The position numbers were made by a program, and so were the translations under genes. Below the pieces are notes generated by a model, which searched no databases, was not told the DNA's origin, and was given only the letters and a program-made list of their open reading frames with translations. Source: Leptonemataceae bacterium (lineage in GTDB: Bacteria > Spirochaetota > Leptospiria > Leptospirales > Leptonemataceae). From it: DNA of 64,000 nucleotides. Shown here one piece after another: positions 20,584 to 29,193 of the stretch (position 1 is its first letter; every line of letters begins with the position of its first letter). The stretch lies in contig OZ245742.1 of assembly GCA_965227295.1 (NCBI GenBank), positions 3,680,001-3,744,000 of the forward strand. Reading direction: 5' to 3'.

Positions 20584-21343
20584 CGGCCTTCTCGGTTTCC
20601 ACCGGCGCGTCGGGTTGCGGTTCGTAGATGCGCACTTCTGATTGCAGCTTTTCCCGCAATTGTTCCAGTAGCAGGCTCTGATTCTTTGCCGCCGTTTCGT
20701 TCAGCACGGGCAGGTAGTTCCGATAGACCTCGCCGAGATCGATGCTGCCGCCGTAGGGTTCCGCCGTGGTTTCGACGTTCGTTTGCGCCTGGTAGATCAA
20801 ACCCGAGCGTCCCGAATAAATGTTGAAGTAGAGCGTGCTGTCCACCACCGCCGGTAGCGCCATGACCTTGCGCACCTCGTGGTCGGTGAGTACGGTGATG
20901 AAGTACTCGACGCCGAGGCCCCGGGCCATGCGCAGCATCAGTTCTTCTTCACTCGCGGAGGTTACCATGGGCAACTGCGCCGTGTTCAGGTACCACTTTT
21001 CCCGCAGGGGGAACCGGCCTTCCAGATACAGCGGCTGGTTCAAGATGGCCGTGCGATCCACCGGGCGCATCGTCAGATCGTTTTCCATGATCCCCAGGAC
21101 GCCGCGATAAAACTCGCGGTAGTCATCGTCGTTCAGCCGGGCGATCCAGTTCAGGCCGTTGCTGTTCGAGTAAGCGACCTTGAGCATCATCACGGTGAAC
21201 AGGGCGGCGGGCGCGTCTTTTTGCAGCGCCGGTTTGCCGGAGCCGGCGAGGGTGCCCATGTAGAGCGGTTGGCTGCGGCAGGACCAGAGCGCGCCCGCGA
21301 GGAAAAGGAGTACGAGAGTATTGCGGAAGAATCGAAAAGACAT
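20567..21343 (-). CDS. Hypothetical lipoprotein
   Basis: Lipobox ALWS-C after a hydrophobic stretch; in the exbBD/tonB run. Confidence 0.7.
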   Translation of the reverse strand: MSFRFFRNTLVLLFLAGALWSCRSQPLYMGTLAGSGKPALQKDAPAALFTVMMLKVAYSNSNGLNWIARLNDDDYREFYRGVLGIMENDLTMRPVDRTAILNQPLYLEGRFPLREKWYLNTAQLPMVTSASEEELMLRMARGLGVEYFITVLTDHEVRKVMALPAVVDSTLYFNIYSGRSGLIYQAQTNVETTAEPYGGSIDLGEVYRNYLPVLNETAAKNQSLLLEQLREKLQSEVRIYEPQPDAPVETEKADDLGF

Positions 21344-21357
21344 AAGCGCCGGCCGGT

Positions 21358-22032
21358 TCAGTTGATCGTGAAGGAGATCGTGGTATCCCATACGATGTCC
21401 TTCGCTTCACCGTTAACCATATACGGGCGCCCCTCGACGCGTGTCTTGTTTAAAAGCACGTTGCGGATGGAACGAATGAACTCTTTCTGGAACGTCTGGT
21501 GTCCGCCACCCTGGCTGCGAATGCTGCGTACTTTCACGTCCCGGATGTTTCCGCTCTTGTCGATGTAGACGCGCACGGCCGCCGTAACCCGGCCCAGATT
21601 CGCCCGGCGGGCGGCGTCCGGGTAGTCGTCGTTGCCGGTGCGCGCGTCGAGGAAAATGGAATAGCGCTGATTGAAGTCCAGTGTCGGGTCTACGGCGTTG
21701 GCCCAGTTGATCTGCTCTTCTTCTTTCAGTTTATCGACTTCGACAATCTCGTCGGAAAGATCCCGCGACTCCGGCGGTTTCACGTCTTCGACTTCTGAGA
21801 ACTCGACGAAGGTCATCTCGGTACTTACATTCAGGTCCACGTTCTCCGGTTCGGCGGCGGGGATCAGAAAGAGCACCACTTCGTACAGAACGAGCGCAAG
21901 AATTTGCAACGCGAAGGCCACCGGCAACCACTCGCGCAGATCCCAGGTTTGCAAACGTGCGAAGAGTTTCGACCACCACGTTTCATTCGCCGCGACAGTG
22001 TCGCCGTCGTTTATGGTTGCCGTGGAATTCAT
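21358..22032 (-). CDS. TonB-family energy transducer
   Basis: N-terminal TM; YPDAARRANL...VYIDKSGNIRDV TonB_C-like; follows exbD genes. Confidence 0.75.
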   Translation of the reverse strand: MNSTATINDGDTVAANETWWSKLFARLQTWDLREWLPVAFALQILALVLYEVVLFLIPAAEPENVDLNVSTEMTFVEFSEVEDVKPPESRDLSDEIVEVDKLKEEEQINWANAVDPTLDFNQRYSIFLDARTGNDDYPDAARRANLGRVTAAVRVYIDKSGNIRDVKVRSIRSQGGGHQTFQKEFIRSIRNVLLNKTRVEGRPYMVNGEAKDIVWDTTISFTIN

Positions 22033-22484
22033 GGCACGGCCTCGGCTTCCACCGGCGTTTGCGGCGGGCCCGATCCTACCGGGCGCGTGGTAATGACAAG
22101 ATTGCGGATGCCGGCTTCTTTCAGCACGTCGACGATCTCGTTCATGTTGCGGTACGGCAGATCCTTTTCGATGTTCAGGTATACGCGTACGGCGGCCGGA
22201 GCAAAGGCGGCGCGCTCGCGGATCTCTCCGGCCAGTGTGGCCAGGGGAATGGCTTTGTTGAAAAAATATGCCCGGCCTTGTTCCGCCATCTCGCGATCGA
22301 TGTAGATGATAAGCGGGTAGGGTGAGTTCATGCCGCTGCCGTCGACTTCGGGGATGTCCACCGCACGCGGTTTCTGGTCCGTCACCATCGTGGTGGCCAT
22401 GTAGAAAATAAGCAAAAGAAAAGCAATGTCGCCCATGGCACTGAGCGGGATCGGCGGGGCCTTGCGTTTTTTTCGGAGCATCAT
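22029..22484 (-). CDS. exbD: ExbD/TolR biopolymer transporter
   Basis: IPLSAMGDIAFLLLIFYM. Confidence 0.88.
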   Translation of the reverse strand: MMLRKKRKAPPIPLSAMGDIAFLLLIFYMATTMVTDQKPRAVDIPEVDGSGMNSPYPLIIYIDREMAEQGRAYFFNKAIPLATLAGEIRERAAFAPAAVRVYLNIEKDLPYRNMNEIVDVLKEAGIRNLVITTRPVGSGPPQTPVEAEAVP

Positions 22485-22904
22485 TTAACGATCGCCCCCC
22501 GAGCTCATGCCGATGGAAACGCGTTCAATGCGCAGCTCTTGCAGCAAACGTACGAGTTCCGGAATCTTACGCGACGGGGATTCTGCATCGGCGCGGACGA
22601 CCACCACCAGCTCCGAGTTTTCCGCGAAGCTTTGTTGGATCTGCGTCGCCAGCGCGTCGCGTTCTATCACCGCGCCGTCGTACGTGAAGCCGCCGTCCGG
22701 GGCGATGCCGATCTTAAAGATGTTTTCTTTTAAGATTTGCATGGGCGGCGCGTCTTTTTTCGGCAGCGGGATCTGCACGCCGCGCAGTTCCAACAATGCG
22801 CTCGCCGCGAGGAAGAATACGATCAGCAGAAACGCGATGTCCGCCGTACTCGCCAGCGGGATCTCGTCCACTTCCCGGGTCTTGCGTTTGACTCGAAAGG
22901 CCAT
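22485..22904 (-). CDS. exbD: ExbD/TolR biopolymer transporter
   Basis: IPLASTADIAFLLIVFFL...VVVRAD. Confidence 0.88.
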   Translation of the reverse strand: MAFRVKRKTREVDEIPLASTADIAFLLIVFFLAASALLELRGVQIPLPKKDAPPMQILKENIFKIGIAPDGGFTYDGAVIERDALATQIQQSFAENSELVVVVRADAESPSRKIPELVRLLQELRIERVSIGMSSGGDR

Positions 22905-22923
22905 ACGTTCGGTTGCTTCGCGT

Positions 22924-23805
22924 TTACCCCTGGCCCTGTTCTTCGTTCACCGCGCCCGTGATGGCAGAAGACGCGCGCTCCACCTCCATGGTGAAGTTAT
23001 CGATGTAGTAAATGAACAGGTTGTACGCGAGGTACGTCGGAATCGCCACGAGCAGTCCGGCCGCCGTGGTGATGAGAGCTTCTTCGACACCGCCGGCCAG
23101 GTCCTGGGCTGTCGGTGCCGCCTTCTCTACGAACTGCAAAAACGACGCGCGCATCCCCACAACTGTACCGAAGAAGCCGAGCAGCGGAGCCAGGTTGCCC
23201 AGGTTCGCGAGCAGGTTCAGGCCGCGCTCCAGCTTTCCGATTTCCACGGTGGCCGCGCTTTCGATCTCTTTCTCCACCCGGGCCGAGCCGCGATCGCGGT
23301 GCTTCAAACCCGCCGCGAGAACCCGACCGAGCAGACGGTCGTCGTCCGCGAATTTCTTTTGGGCTGCCGCCGGGCCGCCGGAGGACAGCACTTCGCTCAG
23401 TTCTTCGTAGAAACCTTTCGTGTTTACGTTCTGGCGCCGGAAGTAGAAGACACGTTCCAGCGAGAAGGCGACGATGATGGTTGAGATGAGTCCCAGACCC
23501 ACCATGGTCCAGCCGCCTTTGTAGATGATGCCGAAGATGGATTCGCCGGAAGCTTTCTCCTCGGGTTCCGGCTGCTGTTCTTCAGTCTGATCGTTTGCGA
23601 CACTCGCGTCTTCCGCCGACGCCTCTTCCCCTGCGGCCTCTTCGCCCTCGGGTGCCGCGTCCGGCTGTTCCTGGGCGTGCAGCCCGTTGGCCGTTGTGAA
23701 CTGAGAAATGAGAACGGGACTGAACAGCAGAACGAATCCCAGCAGAAAGGCGCCGGGAAGGGAGCGGGACGGGGAAAACAGAACGGAACGCAGGCGATGG
23801 ATCAC
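22924..23805 (-). CDS. exbB: MotA/TolQ/ExbB proton channel
   Basis: APLLGFFGTVVGM...GVEEALITTAAGLLVAIP. Confidence 0.92.
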   Translation of the reverse strand: MIHRLRSVLFSPSRSLPGAFLLGFVLLFSPVLISQFTTANGLHAQEQPDAAPEGEEAAGEEASAEDASVANDQTEEQQPEPEEKASGESIFGIIYKGGWTMVGLGLISTIIVAFSLERVFYFRRQNVNTKGFYEELSEVLSSGGPAAAQKKFADDDRLLGRVLAAGLKHRDRGSARVEKEIESAATVEIGKLERGLNLLANLGNLAPLLGFFGTVVGMRASFLQFVEKAAPTAQDLAGGVEEALITTAAGLLVAIPTYLAYNLFIYYIDNFTMEVERASSAITGAVNEEQGQG

Positions 23806-23974
23806 AGATATCTCCAGGTAGATGTGGAATCGGAAAACGTATTCTTGACAATAAGTACGAGAATGAATGAAAGACCGGGTACAACCTCATCCGTCTCAGG
23901 AAGTGCGCTGTAAAGGAATTTACGGATGACTCTCCTGCCGGAGTGCTGTATTTTCAGACGAGAGAGTAAGCCAG

Positions 23975-24166
23975 ATGTTCGTCAACGGTGAAGAAGTACA
24001 AACCCCGGCCGGTACGCTCCTGGAGCTCATTGAGAGCTTCGAACTGGATCCCCGGACGGTGGCGGTGGAACGCAATGGCGAGATTCCACCGCGGGATACC
24101 TGGGAGCAGGTCCGGCTTACGGCAGACGATCGCATCGAGCTGATTCGATTCGTCGGAGGCGGCTGA
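23975..24166 (+). CDS. thiS: Sulfur carrier protein ThiS
   Basis: VAVERNGEI...DRIELIRFVGGG with C-terminal GG. Confidence 0.93.
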   Translation: MFVNGEEVQTPAGTLLELIESFELDPRTVAVERNGEIPPRDTWEQVRLTADDRIELIRFVGGG

Positions 24167-24170
24167 GTAC

Positions 24171-24899
24171 ATGTTCCCCGGAGCGGGCTTTTATCCCATC
24201 CTCGATCTGGATACCTGTCGGCGGAGCGGGCTGGAGCTGGAAGCAGTACCGGAACGCTGGCGGCGCTTTCCCGGGCTTACGTACTATCAGCTTCGCGCGA
24301 AGAACCTGGAGTGTAACGCCTACGTGCGTCTGGCCGAACGGTTGCGACAGCGCTATCCGGAGTTTTCCATCATCGCCAACGATCGCTACGACGCGGTCCT
24401 GGCCCGGCCCGAGCCTTTCGCCGGCCTGCATCTCGGGCAGGAGGACCTGGAAGACCTCCGCCGCCAGGGCGCGGTTTTGGACCGTTTGCGGGAAATGCAT
24501 GAAAGCCGTCCCGGCTTCGTATTGGGCCTTTCGACCCACGGCTCGCGGCAGTTACACCAGGCCCTGGAAGGCCCGGACGCCTACTGGTCGTACCTGGCCA
24601 TCGGCCCATGTTTTCACACGGACTCGAAGCCAGGGGGGCCGGATCCGGTCCTGTCCGGGGAAGAATTTCGGGCGGCGGTGGCGGCGGCATCTGTAGAAAA
24701 GGAAGACGTCCCGGCCTGCCTGGTATTTATTGGAGGAATTCACGGCGAGAACGTGGAGGCTCTCCTGCAGGGATTTGAAACGGCGTTCCGGGAACCGTTG
24801 CGCCGCCGGCCCCGGCCGGTGGTGGCGGCGATTCAGGCGGCGCTGGAGGATGCGGATATTTCCCGCATTCTCGAAAAATTAAGTCCTTACATGGCTTGA
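24171..24899 (+). CDS. thiE: Thiamine phosphate synthase-like protein
   Basis: QLRAK, IIANDR, GLHLGQEDL, GLSTH, GPCFHTDSKP. Confidence 0.85.
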   Translation: MFPGAGFYPILDLDTCRRSGLELEAVPERWRRFPGLTYYQLRAKNLECNAYVRLAERLRQRYPEFSIIANDRYDAVLARPEPFAGLHLGQEDLEDLRRQGAVLDRLREMHESRPGFVLGLSTHGSRQLHQALEGPDAYWSYLAIGPCFHTDSKPGGPDPVLSGEEFRAAVAAASVEKEDVPACLVFIGGIHGENVEALLQGFETAFREPLRRRPRPVVAAIQAALEDADISRILEKLSPYMA

Positions 24900-24933
24900 C
24901 AGGGGCAGGGGACATAATAATTCACACATTGCA

Positions 24934-25770
24934 ATGATAGGTGACGCACTTTTGAGTGATCAATCGGCGGGAACGGCGAAAGAAGATCGGGACTATATCC
25001 TCGAGTACAAGTCCATCGATCTATCCGGCTTAAGGCGGGAAGAGATTCTCGACGTGCCGGTCGACAATATCACCCGGGATGAGGCCGTGGCGGCCATTCT
25101 CGAGATGGTCGAGAAGAAAGACGGCCCCCATCACGTCCTGTTCCTGGACCCGCTGAAGCTCATGCGCATCCGGCGCAGCAAAAAGCTTGGTTTCGTCGGG
25201 GATCAGGCACGCCTCATTCTCGCTGACGGCGGCGGCCTGGGCTGGGCCGCGCAGAAACACGGTTGGGAACTCCGGGAGCGTATTCCCATGATCGCCATGA
25301 TCATGGATCTGGTGCGTCTGGCCGCGAAGAAGGACCTCACCATCTACCTGCTGGGCTCGCGCATGGAGAACCTGGAGCGGGTCTTCTTTAATCTGCAGCG
25401 TAGCTTTCCGGGCGTGCGCATCATCGGTCGTCAGGAAGGCTACTTCTCGAAAGAGCGCGAAACCCTCGTCAAAGAGTCCCTGCGCAAATCGTCTCCGGAC
25501 ATCATCTTTCTCGGCTTTGGTTTTCCGTTACAGGAAATCTGGATGCGCGACAACTGGGACTATCTTTCCAACGCGGTGGTCGTCGGTGTCGACGGCTCCT
25601 TCGACATCCTTTCCGGGCGTCGCAAGAAGGCCCCGGACTCGGTTCAGCTCAAGGGATTCACCTGGCTCTGGCGCACAATCACGCGGCCGTTCCTTCTGGA
25701 CCGCTTCTTTGCCATGCTGGGCTTCTATCTCATGACGCTCTGGCACGGCTTTCGCCGGCCGAAGAACTAA
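24934..25770 (+). CDS. WecB/TagA/CpsF glycosyltransferase
   Basis: ILADGGG...IYLLG...PDIIFLGFGFPLQEIW...GVDGSFD. Confidence 0.9.
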   Translation: MIGDALLSDQSAGTAKEDRDYILEYKSIDLSGLRREEILDVPVDNITRDEAVAAILEMVEKKDGPHHVLFLDPLKLMRIRRSKKLGFVGDQARLILADGGGLGWAAQKHGWELRERIPMIAMIMDLVRLAAKKDLTIYLLGSRMENLERVFFNLQRSFPGVRIIGRQEGYFSKERETLVKESLRKSSPDIIFLGFGFPLQEIWMRDNWDYLSNAVVVGVDGSFDILSGRRKKAPDSVQLKGFTWLWRTITRPFLLDRFFAMLGFYLMTLWHGFRRPKN

Positions 25771-25785
25771 CGAAGCGGGGCGTGC

Positions 25786-26208
25786 GTGAAGCCCCGTTTG
25801 TATCTGGACTGCGACGGTGTAATTCTTCCGTCCTGTGAGCATACCTCCGAGTTCCTCGAACTCTGCGTTGAATGGTTTCGAGTCATGTGGATCTCCGATC
25901 GGGAGATCGAATACCAAAACGGTGTCATCGATTTTCTGGAAGACTTTCAGAAGTTTCTTTCACCCGTCGACGTCCAATTGCTGTATCGCATAGAATCGAA
26001 TCCCCGGCGCAGCCTGTACAAACACGAGCGCCTGGATTTGAGCGAACCGTTTCTCTGGATCGATGACGCCCCCATGGGACCGGACTACGATTTTCTGGAT
26101 CAGCACGATTTGCGCGATTCCCTCATCATCGTAAAGGCCTGGCGACCCGAGACCATGCAGGCGGCCATGGAAAGATTGCGAGCGTACGTGCGCGATCCAT
26201 CACACTGA
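25786..26208 (+). CDS. Hypothetical HAD-like protein
   Basis: LYLDCDGVI and FLWIDD motifs. Confidence 0.65.
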   Translation: MKPRLYLDCDGVILPSCEHTSEFLELCVEWFRVMWISDREIEYQNGVIDFLEDFQKFLSPVDVQLLYRIESNPRRSLYKHERLDLSEPFLWIDDAPMGPDYDFLDQHDLRDSLIIVKAWRPETMQAAMERLRAYVRDPSH

Positions 26209-28280
26209 TGAAGTCCCTCCGTTACATCCTTGTTCTGTTGCTGGTTCTGTCCTGCGGTCCGCCTCCGGAAAATCCGGCACGGTCCGCGCCGGTCATCCCC
26301 ACGGCTACGCCGACGGTTTCCGAGCGCATCGATCTCAGCGACAACGCCTTTGATCGAGAACCGCCGCTGCGCGTGGAATTTCGCGGCGAGGATGAGCGTG
26401 TGAGCATCGATCTGGGTGAGCACCACCGCGGCCGATTGTTCGGGCTGATGCTTGCCGGACAGGCCGTGGGCTATCGTTTGATTCCGGCCGCGGAACGCGA
26501 GGGCGCACCGGACGCATACATTGTAGATGCACGCCTGGTACCGCAGCTTCAGCCGCGGTTGTTATTGCTCACGCCGCGAAATCCAGGGGACCGGCTCGTT
26601 TTTGACATCATCGACGTGGAAGATCCGTTGCCGCCGGAAATCCCGGGACTGCCGGCCGGCGCCGCCATCCCGAATGAGGACATGCGCTTCGAAGGCCGGC
26701 CCGGAATCCAGCTGGGCGCTGCGGCGGCGATGATTGCGGCGCATGAGCGAGGCCTCGCGCTGGACATGTTTCTCTTCGGCGCGTTTACGCTCATTGCATT
26801 CTCGTATTTGATTCTGTATGTGACACGGCGTAGCGAGCGGAGCTTTCTTTTGTTCGGTGTCTTTTGTTTACTCGCCGCAGTGGTGATTCTGCTCGCGGGT
26901 TCGCGGGCGTGGGTCTCGCTGATCGACCCTCAGCTCCGATGGAGCCTGCACGCCATCGTGGTGGATCGTGTGCAGGGGGTGTGCATTGCACTGGCAGCGC
27001 CGGTATTCCTGGATTTGGTCTACGAGGTCTTCGGCGAGGGCCGCAAGCGGATCATCGTGCGCGGGGCATACGTGGTTGCGATTCTCGTGGCCGTGGCGGC
27101 CTTGGTTCTGCCGCCCCTCACGGCCATAACGCTGTTGTTCCTCTATCGCTTTGTCGTACTGGCAGAGGCGTTGTGGATTCTGTACGTGTTGTTTCGAGCC
27201 TGGCGGATGGACCGTCCCGGCGCGCGGCTCACACTCCCGGGCGTCCTGCTCCTGGCCTCGGCCGGCATCTTTGATATGTTCAGTCAGTCCCGGGCGGAAC
27301 CTGCGCCGGTGCTGCTTTTCGCCCCGGCCCTCGGAGTCTTCGTATTGATTCAGGCGGCCATGTTGTCGCGCCGGTTCGCCTGGGCCTTTGCGAAGTTCGA
27401 ATCGTTATCGAACAAGCTCAATCGCAGCATCAGCAGTCCTGACGACATCCAGACGTTGCACATGGAACTGGATGCCGCGCGAACGATTCAGCAGTCGCTC
27501 ATCCCCGCGGTCCCGCCGGAGGTCGAGCACGCTTCCATTGCCGCGCGTTATCGAACCATGCAGATTGTCGGTGGGGACTTCTACGATTTCCGCACCGGGA
27601 CGAAGACCCTGGGAGTGCTGATGGCGGACGTCTCCGGCCACGGCATCCCGGCGGCTTTGATCGTATCGATGGTGAAGCTGGCGTTCTGGTTGCAGAAGGA
27701 TCAACTGCCCGCGCCCGGTTCGCTGTTCTCGCGCATGAACGACATTCTGCTGGATAACATTCGCGGAGAGTTTGTTACGGCATGTTACGTCTGGATTGAT
27801 TTCGATCGTATGGAGCTGAAGACGAGCAACGCCGGTCATCCGCCGCTGCTGATCTGGAAGGCTTCGGAACGTTCGCTCATCCAGCTCCGTCCCAACGGCC
27901 GCCTCCTGGGCCTGCTGCCGAATCCCGAGTACGAAGTCCAGAGCCTGGACCTGGAACCGGGCGACCGCATCGTCCTGTATACCGACGGGGTCTACGAGGC
28001 GCCGGCCGCCGACGGCAGCGGAAACCAGTACGGCCTGGAGCGCTTTCTGGATTTCGTGCGCGCCAACGCCCGACTTTCCCCCGACCGTTTCGCCGATGAA
28101 CTCATGGATACGTTGATCAATTGGTGCGGCCACGAGGATCGCATTGCCGACGACATTGCGCTGGTGGTCATCGACATCGAGGGGAGCGCACTGCAGACCG
28201 AGAGCCGTGTGGTTTCCCGCGGGAACCGGGCGCTACAGGCCGTGCAATCGGCGTGGCAGTCGTTGGGGCGGCGGCGGTGA
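26208..28280 (+). CDS. 7TM-DISM-type membrane sensor with SpoIIE/PP2C phosphatase
   Basis: About 7 TM helices; VGGDFYD, ADVSGHG, NAGHPP, LYTDG, DDIAL. Confidence 0.9.
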   Translation: MKSLRYILVLLLVLSCGPPPENPARSAPVIPTATPTVSERIDLSDNAFDREPPLRVEFRGEDERVSIDLGEHHRGRLFGLMLAGQAVGYRLIPAAEREGAPDAYIVDARLVPQLQPRLLLLTPRNPGDRLVFDIIDVEDPLPPEIPGLPAGAAIPNEDMRFEGRPGIQLGAAAAMIAAHERGLALDMFLFGAFTLIAFSYLILYVTRRSERSFLLFGVFCLLAAVVILLAGSRAWVSLIDPQLRWSLHAIVVDRVQGVCIALAAPVFLDLVYEVFGEGRKRIIVRGAYVVAILVAVAALVLPPLTAITLLFLYRFVVLAEALWILYVLFRAWRMDRPGARLTLPGVLLLASAGIFDMFSQSRAEPAPVLLFAPALGVFVLIQAAMLSRRFAWAFAKFESLSNKLNRSISSPDDIQTLHMELDAARTIQQSLIPAVPPEVEHASIAARYRTMQIVGGDFYDFRTGTKTLGVLMADVSGHGIPAALIVSMVKLAFWLQKDQLPAPGSLFSRMNDILLDNIRGEFVTACYVWIDFDRMELKTSNAGHPPLLIWKASERSLIQLRPNGRLLGLLPNPEYEVQSLDLEPGDRIVLYTDGVYEAPAADGSGNQYGLERFLDFVRANARLSPDRFADELMDTLINWCGHEDRIADDIALVVIDIEGSALQTESRVVSRGNRALQAVQSAWQSLGRRR

Positions 28281-28306
28281 CTTAACAGGATGGTTTCGCA
28301 GGAGAG

Positions 28307-29140
28307 TCAATCGGACCCGGTCACGGTCCGGGTTGTCGTATCCGTTGCGGCCAGGATGCTTTCGCTGAACTCCGCGGGCATGGAGAAAAACGGCGAGTGC
28401 CCGGACTTCAGTTCGATCACCTCGTCGCAACGGCTATCTTTCAGCATCCGTCTCTGCAAGGCCGGGGTTACGGCGCGGTCTTCGGTGCAGAGTAAGTAGA
28501 TCTTACGCACGCTTCCGTAGCGACTTTCACTGAGGCGCAGCGGTGTGAAGCCGGCCCAGTTCGGTTCCGGCTGGAGCAGGGCGTTCGCGAGTTCTGTGAT
28601 TTCCGGATCGCAGTCATGGTACAATGCTTCGCGATACGCCTCGCGCACGAGCCTATGTGTTTGCCGGGAGGCCGGCAACAGCCGCGGCAACCAGCGTTGC
28701 GCCCAAGGCTTGCGGAAGAACTGCATGAACTTTCGCATTTGCGCCCGCGGAGTTTTCGGAGAAACGTTCTGCACAACCAGCGAGCCCTGATCCAGTGCGG
28801 CGTAGTCCATCATGCTCTTGCCGTTCGGGACGAGATAGGCGGCGACATAGACCAGTGCCGCGATGCGTTCCGGCACGCGCTCGGCCGTCTGGGAAATCAC
28901 GATCCCGTTTCGGCTGTGCGCCACGAGGACGATCGGCCCGTCGATCCCGTCGATGGTCCGCACGACGGCGTTCACGTTGGCTTCCAGTGAACAGCGATGC
29001 GGCGGGGTAGTATCCAGACCGTGGCCGGGAAGATCCAGGGCGATCACACGATGGCCGGCGGCCTCAAACAGCGGAGCGACGCGATGCCAGTTCCACGCCG
29101 CGTGAAAGGAGCCGTGCAGAAAAACGTAGGTGGTTTGCAT
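28307..29140 (-). CDS. Alpha/beta hydrolase, methylesterase-like
   Basis: FLHGSFHAAWNW, DLPGHG, VAHSRNG, EDRAV, GHSPFFS; ATG 29140 preferred. Confidence 0.88.
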   Translation of the reverse strand: MQTTYVFLHGSFHAAWNWHRVAPLFEAAGHRVIALDLPGHGLDTTPPHRCSLEANVNAVVRTIDGIDGPIVLVAHSRNGIVISQTAERVPERIAALVYVAAYLVPNGKSMMDYAALDQGSLVVQNVSPKTPRAQMRKFMQFFRKPWAQRWLPRLLPASRQTHRLVREAYREALYHDCDPEITELANALLQPEPNWAGFTPLRLSESRYGSVRKIYLLCTEDRAVTPALQRRMLKDSRCDEVIELKSGHSPFFSMPAEFSESILAATDTTTRTVTGSD

Positions 29141-29193
29141 GATGGAAGAGTACCATGCGAATGTCGCGCGCGCTTTCCGATTGTTGCGGTGGC

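Noticed and set aside
23850..23974. TPP riboswitch before thiS
   Set aside because: CUGAGA and CCUGAU core motifs are not found on the plus strand
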